From assembly GCA_951406725.2 (NCBI GenBank), contig OX597831.1:60264001-60328000 (forward strand): a stretch of DNA of 64,000 nucleotides. The letters run 5' to 3'. This stretch comes from Octopus vulgaris (lineage: Eukaryota). Below, in pieces: positions 56,853-64,000 of this stretch (positions are counted from its first letter, which is position 1; every line of letters starts with the position of its first letter). The position numbers were made by a program, and so were the translations under genes. Under the pieces are notes generated by a model that worked only from the letters and a program-made list of their open reading frames with translations, had not been told where the DNA came from and did no database searches.

Positions 56853-56910
56853 CTGAGTTTCTTCCATATAATGTAGACTGCAGCTCGAATACTTCAGTTA
56901 AAACTAGGTC
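56853..56910 (-). other. Candidate 58-nt internal exon (unverified)
   Basis: ttctttcttatattatatacgatttacAG acceptor, CAG|GTACGT donor, one open frame DLVLTEVFELQSTLYGRNS. Confidence 0.25.
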
Positions 56911-58758
56911 CTGTAAATCGTATATAATATAAGAAAGAACTAGGAACTACATCTGAGATCCCGGTTGTCCAGCAGTGCAGCAGAGTTCTTACTGCACAAT
57001 TCTTATATTAATTGTTTGAATTGAGTTTCTGTTACTGAAATGCTTTCTTTTATTACTTTTCACATAACAATGAGATTCCAACTTTACATTTTCCAACTTT
57101 GGTACTTTAATATGTTCTCTATTAGCAAACTGCTGGAAAATTTTAGATTCACTTTGTCAAGTAAGACCTATATAAAAATTTGGAAATTGCTCTGGTCGCC
57201 TTTTGATATCGAGTTTGCCATATGAACAACGCGCATTATTGATATAACTTGCTTCCTCAAACACTCTAGGATTTCATATGAATCTAATTTACTAAACAAT
57301 GTAGAGTAAAAGTTTATAAACGTTCAAATTATTGAAAGACTACTATATGTAAAAAGGCACTAAAATTGAAAGAAATATATCCGGTTCGAACATTTTATGA
57401 AGCAAGGTAACGACCTTTAGTTAAACAAGGTAATATTGTATATGTTGAGCTATCTTGTATTAGGTTGTTTTATTTTGACCTTCAAATACCTGACAAAAAT
57501 AATTACTAATTATTAGGCCTTGTCCTGCAAAACAAAACAGTTAAATGACAGTTCATTTGGCTTTGTTCTATGTTAACAAAGCTAATGTGTTACGCAATAA
57601 TAACTGATAAAAATGTCCACCCTCATCTGAAAAAAAATATATCGTATTTGTAGTTAGTAGTAAAATATTTTACATCATTTCATTTAATCCAATTGCAGTT
57701 TGTATGGAACATAACCAACCTCACATCAGCTAAATCGGGCTTCACCTCATATTTATCAGGAACTCCAGTCAATAATCTACTTTAAAATATGGGAGAATCA
57801 ACAGTTTTCAGCAGTATGTGTATGCTAAAGGGTGTAAATAAACAGTTATATACACTGTCTTCAATATCTTTGGACATTGAAAACGTGAGGTGTTTTCATT
57901 GAGCCATAGAATTATCTTCACTTCCTTGAATGTCAGACGGATTTTATTAAACGTATGTCAGACGGATTTTTATTAAATATCAATGAATTTACGTTAAATG
58001 TCATCACAATATCGATATTTTCTCAGAAGCACTGCTTTCCAGACCATTCATATTTTGATTGAAAACGTTCTTAGAGCCCTATTCGCATTGATTTCTGATT
58101 CAGACACAGTTACACGGACAGATGGTTAGGTCTTATTTCATGGTCAGAATACAGGAATTTCACATTTCCAAAACAAAATGCACCATGTTGGTTTTTGTAT
58201 TTGATAAGGTGTATAAATATCAGTTCGAACAGTTCCAGCATCAGTGAGAACGAGTCAGATAGAAATGCGATGCAGCTAATTTTGCAGATTATTTTCTCTG
58301 CTCTCTTTCCATCTTTCTGCATATATGTATGTGTATGCATATTTGTATATGTGTGGCTGAATATATGCATACGCACACGGACACGGAAACATACACACAC
58401 ACGCACACACAACACACACTCAACACACACATATATAGTAAAATAAATGGGATTAAAAGTTCATGGTAGATATCAAATAACAACTCAGTTGAAAGGAATA
58501 AGTTTAAATTTCCAACAGGTACATAGCAGTAAATATAAGTTGAATATTAATTCAAAGTAGATACTCATGTATTACAGGTAAATCCAATATTCCTTATGAA
58601 GAATTTTAAGAAATCCAGCTTATTAAAAACAACGATTAATATCTACGTAGAAAACCATACCTTGGTTTTAGATGACACCTTAAAAATCCAACAGCTGTAT
58701 CAATACAGTTAACCTATATCTACCTACCCACCTACATACATACACACACTCACACACA

Positions 58759-58822
<64 letters not shown>

Positions 58823-58830
58823 CACATATA

Positions 58831-58877
<47 letters not shown>

Positions 58878-59122
58878 TTAAAATGAATAATGTTACGTAC
58901 GAAAATTTATGGCAACACAACATTGGTGAAATTCTAACTGAGCATCTGCAAAAAATAAATAGGTGTTCAGAAACGTTACCAAGAACAAATGTCGAACCTA
59001 ATTTAGCTTTAAACATTCATGCATTCAACCAAGAGCATTGCCATTAGAATTTCCCCAACTTGTGTTACCTTGAAAATGTTGTGTTAAAATAGGTTTCCGT
59101 ACATACTAATTTAAAAATTACG

Positions 59123-59242
<120 letters not shown>

Positions 59243-59577
59243 TTCGAGTAGGTAAGTTGTTACCGAAATACATTGCGAAAAAGTCCGCCATTTTCATAGA
59301 TATGTAAAGATAGACATTCGTACATACTGCGGCGAATTCTACGGTTCGTTGTCGGGTATGTGATGTTGTGTTTTTTCTTACATTTCTTGAGTTCGTTGCA
59401 CTGAAGAGCATAGAATGCATATTCTGCATTGATTGCAAAATTACTGTTTTTAAATGACTCGCTTTGAAGTTTTGTATTCGGTACAATTTGTTTATTTAAG
59501 TAGTTTTGACTGTAAAAGTCCCTCCTAGCGTGCGATACCTATGAATAATAGTACCCTCTATATAATATAAAATAAAA

Positions 59578-59648
<71 letters not shown>

Positions 59649-59745
59649 CATGTGTGTATATGTTAATGCAATTGAAACAATTGTTGGCTTTTTAAGGTGT
59701 GATCTAAAATAAAGGTATGATTTTCTACGTACATATTATTGATTG

Positions 59746-59784
<39 letters not shown>

Positions 59785-59787
<3 letters not shown>

Positions 59788-60060
59788 CAAAATGGGACAA
59801 GAATGCAAAACATCTGGACAACTAGGAGATACAAAGAGGGACAACAAACAACAAAATAGACGATACAAAGAAAACAAGGACGTGTCATTCGAAGGTTTCT
59901 ATCTTCAGTCAAGAACCAGCTTATCCTCGCAATTCCGGCTGATTATTCTTGAAATCAATCCAATCTGGCCAGCCCCAAGGAAAAACTATGCTAAGAAAAT
60001 TAGATTCCTTGTAAGGAGGCCACTAATGTATAGAGAAAGAAAGACGTAAAAACGGACAAT
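59785..60060 (-). mobile_element. Interspersed repeat, possibly a Penelope-like pLTR
   Basis: Sits in (TA)n, has a T-rich minus-strand tail and a ggctg...cagcc-ggaa stem reminiscent of the 32.7/34.3 kb pLTR. Confidence 0.4.
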
Positions 60061-60558
60061 TTTATATATATACGTATATATATTCACGAAGATCCAGTAA
60101 ACTTGTCTTAATTACAAAATACGACAAATATTTCTATGTAGTGTAGTAGCTGTTAGTTGCTTGTCATATGTCAATGCGTACCATTCCATATATTGTTTTA
60201 TAAATACTGGCATAAATTAATATGATCCTGTAGCACTTATATGCGGGCACTTCATCATGTAGTTTGTGTTGAAAGTACTACTGGATTACTTTCAATTTCC
60301 TATCTCTATAAGTGCTTTTCCATAATTATGTTGTTCTCTTCACTGAATACGGTATAGATTCAAGGTGACACTACTTATAACAATACCACAGAATATAATA
60401 TAACGATAAAAGTCCTATAGGAAACAATGGGCTATATACACACACTTTCAATTCAGTATATTTACCCAGACGTTTAGTTTTATCTTCCCACCGTACATGC
60501 GTACTTACACATGCACATAACCAACATACGTATGTATGTATCTACATAGACACATATA

Positions 60559-61650
60559 CATTGGTTTCACGAAATATTGCAAACACTTTGCTAATAAGTG
60601 TTATATAATTTACTTTAGAGTTGTTCCTCCTTTAGCTGCAATAAGTCGAGGAGTAGACTGGCAAGGCTCCTCGACACTTGCTAGGCGAATTTTGTAGCCA
60701 TTCATTAAGCAAACCCTGTTCAATCTCCTTCAGCGACATTGAAGGTGGGAAGCAATCCCTTACTTATTGCCGCAAGGTGCACCATAAAATTTCGATGATG
60801 TCTTCGTCTGGTGATTGTCCGGGCGAATTTAAGTGTTCCACTTAACTTTTATGCTCTTGAAACGAATTTTGAACCACTATAGCAATGTGGATTGGAACAT
60901 TATCAAAGATTGCTTCAACATTAGGAAATAAACGTTGCACCATGGGATGAAAAAATTCGTCGTCCAAAATTTGTTCGTACTTCTGGTAGTTCAATCTGCA
61001 ACGAAGCACAATTCCAGAACTGAGATAATTCTAGTATATCACTGCCAACGATAATACAAATTTTCCTCAATATTTAGCTGTAGGCGCCAAGCAGACGCGA
61101 TGATACGATATTTTTGGATGAATCCAGACGTAAACTTGATTTGAACTCAAGAAAAGCGTGGAAGACGATTATTCCGAAACGATAAAATTGGTATATTTAT
61201 CACTTCTGATGATCTTTACACTATTTTAATCGCTTTCCCATATTAACACAGACAGGAGAGGATTTTAAATTGCAGCTCTTTCCTGATATCCAGCACTGTG
61301 AAGCTCGAGAAGAACGGTTTAGGCCGACAGTACATTTGCAATGAGTTCGTTTTACTCTGCAGTCATTTGTCATTTTCGTTAAACGAGTTTTATGAATTTT
61401 GGAAATAATGTGTTTGAATGCCCTACAATTCCTTTTAGAGAATACTGATTTCCGACCAAAATCTAGGCCTTTCAGGGCCCATGTTCCCTTGTGTTTTTAA
61501 TGCTGCCATAATTTTAGAAATCTGGAACAGCTCTGCACTATTAGTAACTGTAGATCTAGCCATCCGACTTTAGCAGAATTTGTTGTGGAATAAGCTCTTG
61601 CCAAGTAGGCTTTTTATGGGAATGTTGTCAATTTCTAATCTTTTCAGCAT
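60559..61650 (-). mobile_element. Old Tc1 element with transposase pseudogene
   Basis: RMARSTVTNSAELFQ, QVYVWIHPK, HPMVQRLFP, DNVPIH, PGQSPDEDIIEILW; the right TIR is not clearly identifiable. Confidence 0.85.
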
Positions 61651-61749
61651 ATAGCATCGTTCATGTTTTCATGGATTTATAGTACAGGTGGCTGAGATCT
61701 GTAATTTCAACATCATTAGCTAAAAATATATCCTTAAGTGGAAAGCAGA

Positions 61750-62575
61750 TTTTACGAACCACTTTCAGGTTTTGGTTACAGTTGCGAATTTTTAGGAGAG
61801 TGTCACCTTCATTCACACTTGTTTCTTAAATTTTCAGCCATTAATCATGATTTGATTTTTAGATCATCTAGTTCAGTTGGATCAATTTCTGTGTGACATT
61901 CTTCATCTCTTTGACTTTAATTTGCTTTGGTATGTATGGCTGGTTGAGAGAATATTTCACTTTGCTTATCATTTACATAAACTCTTTCTATCATTATTGC
62001 ATTTCCATCAGACCTGGCTGGTCTACAATTATTTCCTTTGTAGTATCTTCCTTAGTTGCAAATTCGTTCCTTTTATACTTTACTGACAGTTTAAATTGGT
62101 CAATCTCTAATTCAGTTATTCATTTCATTTTCATAATTTTTATTGTGATGTTAACAAGTTTGTTACTGTCTATGTAGGGTTTTTACTTCTAGCAGTTTCT
62201 GTCTCCAGTGTAGGTAGGTTTGTTCAGTATTAGATATATTTGTGGAAAAATATATGGTATGAGAGAAGGCCTTAAGAACTTCTTCATTATATCCCCTATA
62301 CCATTTTCATTCTTTTTCTTTTGGTTATTTCATGACGAGCGTGGATGTCCATCTTTTGGAATATTCCAGCTGTGACGTAACTCCACCTCGTGTGTTTCGG
62401 GGATATTTGAAAGAGTAGCTGATTTTTCGTATCCAGTCTGGTTACTCACCGAGGTTATGCAACACTTGTTAATAAAGGAGACGGCTAATCGGTTTGTATT
62501 TTGCCTTTTTATCATAAAGGCATGACGAGCTTGGACGTTGACATCATGAGACGAATCTGTCTGTTTAGGGATGTT
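61750..62575 (-). mobile_element. R4/Dong-like LINE N-terminal remnant
   Basis: KWYRGYNEEVLKAF..TEQTYLHWRQK..YIDSNKLVN..ITELEIDQFK resembles the R4-clade N-terminus; boundaries approximate. Confidence 0.6.
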
Positions 62576-62589
62576 TTTCAGACAATACC

Positions 62590-62802
62590 TATTTCTTTAC
62601 TCCCCACAAGGGGCTAAACACAGAGGGGACAAACAAGGACAGACACACGGATTAAGTCCATTACATGGTACTTATTTAATCGACCCTGAAAGGATGAAAG
62701 GCAACGTTGACCTCGGCGGAATTTGAACTCAGAACGTAACGGCAGACGTAATACGGCTACGCATTTCGCCCAGCGTGCTAACGTTTCTGCCAGCTAGCCG
62801 CC
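62590..62802 (-). mobile_element. Tail-B SINE monomer
   Basis: TSD ttttcagacaatacc (62575-62589) / ttttgagacaatacc (62803-62817). Confidence 0.9.
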
Positions 62803-63413
62803 TTTTGAGACAATACCGACTCCAAGTTCTCTTAATGAAAAGATTGCTCGTAACGTAGCTTCTTCATGTTAACAGATCTGTATTCGTCTGGAATTTATAT
62901 GCTGATAGATTTATCTCCGGGCATAGTTTTTTAATGATGTTTTTAAACAGTTCACTCTGTCTGTGTTAGTTCGAAAAATTGAAATAAAAAAATGTTTTGT
63001 TATTTTTTTGCTTCGTTTGTGACGCATGCTTTCAAACTCGTGTATGTGTCCTGTAAATTGTATGTAGTTGTGTAAACATTGATTGTATGTGTTGTCCTAT
63101 GAGTATTAATATGTATATATGATTGTGTAGACATTCGAGTGTAAGCGTAATTAATAAATTTGCGTACTTACTGTTTTGTTTCACTAATATTCTATAAGTT
63201 GTAAACTTACCGATGTTGATTTCCCGTGTGTCTTTCGCATATGTCTCACTGAGACATACTGCATGAGAGAAACTCTGCTGTGAACAACAGTAAAATTTCG
63301 TTTATGAGATTATTTTCGTTAATAATAACCGATGTTATTAGATGAGATTTGTTTTTTAATGGAAAACCCGGTGTAGAACATCCATGTTGTTATTAAAGCG
63401 GAGAGCTGGAAGC

Positions 63414-63491
<78 letters not shown>

Positions 63492-63495
63492 GAAA

Positions 63496-63711
63496 GAAGG
63501 AGCATGGCTTAGTGGTTAGAGCGTCGAGCTTACGATCATGAGGTTGTGAGTTCGATACCCGCACCGGGCTGCGTGTTTTGTTCTTGAGCAAGACACTTTA
63601 TTTCACGTTGATCTAGTTAGCTATAGAAATGTGTTGCGACATCACTGGAGCCTAGCTGTATCGGCCTTTACCTTTCCCTTGGGTAACATCAGTGGTCTGG
63701 AGAGGGGAGGC
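63496..63711 (+). mobile_element. tRNA-derived SINE (another family), 3'-truncated, between (TTA)n tracts
   Basis: A box tggcttagtggttagagc, B box gagttcgataccc, ttgagcaagacactt core. Confidence 0.82.
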
Positions 63712-63773
<62 letters not shown>

Positions 63774-64000
63774 TATAATTCTATCATTCACAGTGCTATA
63801 TTCATTAGCAGTTACCCTGTTTTCTGTATAAGTTATACAACCGTGATAATGTTATCTATATCAAGTTCTAGTGCATAGTTATTAATTGAAAGCGTTACTT
63901 TGTCTCGTATTCTCTGCACCGAAACTATTCAAGATAATATTTTTATAGTCTTATTTAACTTTCTAATAATAAGCGTACGGATATGGTTCTCAATGGCATA

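Noticed and set aside
57930-57980. 25-bp tandem duplication (similar ones at ~4490 and ~16465)
   Set aside because: Ordinary slippage duplications.
63496-63580. tRNA-like sequence (also 5590 and 6095)
   Set aside because: A/B boxes continue into SINE bodies, with no intact cloverleaf or T-run terminator.

Overview
AT-rich eukaryotic DNA that is intergenic or deep-intronic. Its repeat content (tRNA-derived SINE families, very long (TA)n/(TAA)n tracts, Penelope-like elements, R4/Dong LINEs) looks like a coleoid cephalopod, most likely Octopus; this is from recognition, not a database search. No intact host gene is evident. Nearly all listed ORFs are microsatellite artefacts or decayed transposon frames, and there is one weak 58-nt exon candidate. 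The window holds two decayed Tc1 elements, several mariner derivatives and MITEs (two fold-back, two Merlin-like), two non-autonomous Helitrons, two Penelope-like elements with hammerhead-like motifs, several R4/Dong remnants associated with (TAA)n, and many SINEs. The most interesting signals are four. (1) One SINE family has two alternative tails, and the 'B' tail is nearly always followed by (G)GTAT and repeatedly lands in the GGTATTTCGTCTG motif of its own head. (2) An ORF-bearing, apparently RT-less retroelement has a 3' end resembling that B tail. (3) A near-canonical minimal hammerhead ribozyme lies just downstream of that 3' end. (4) SINE copies nest antisense inside each other, creating long inverted repeats.
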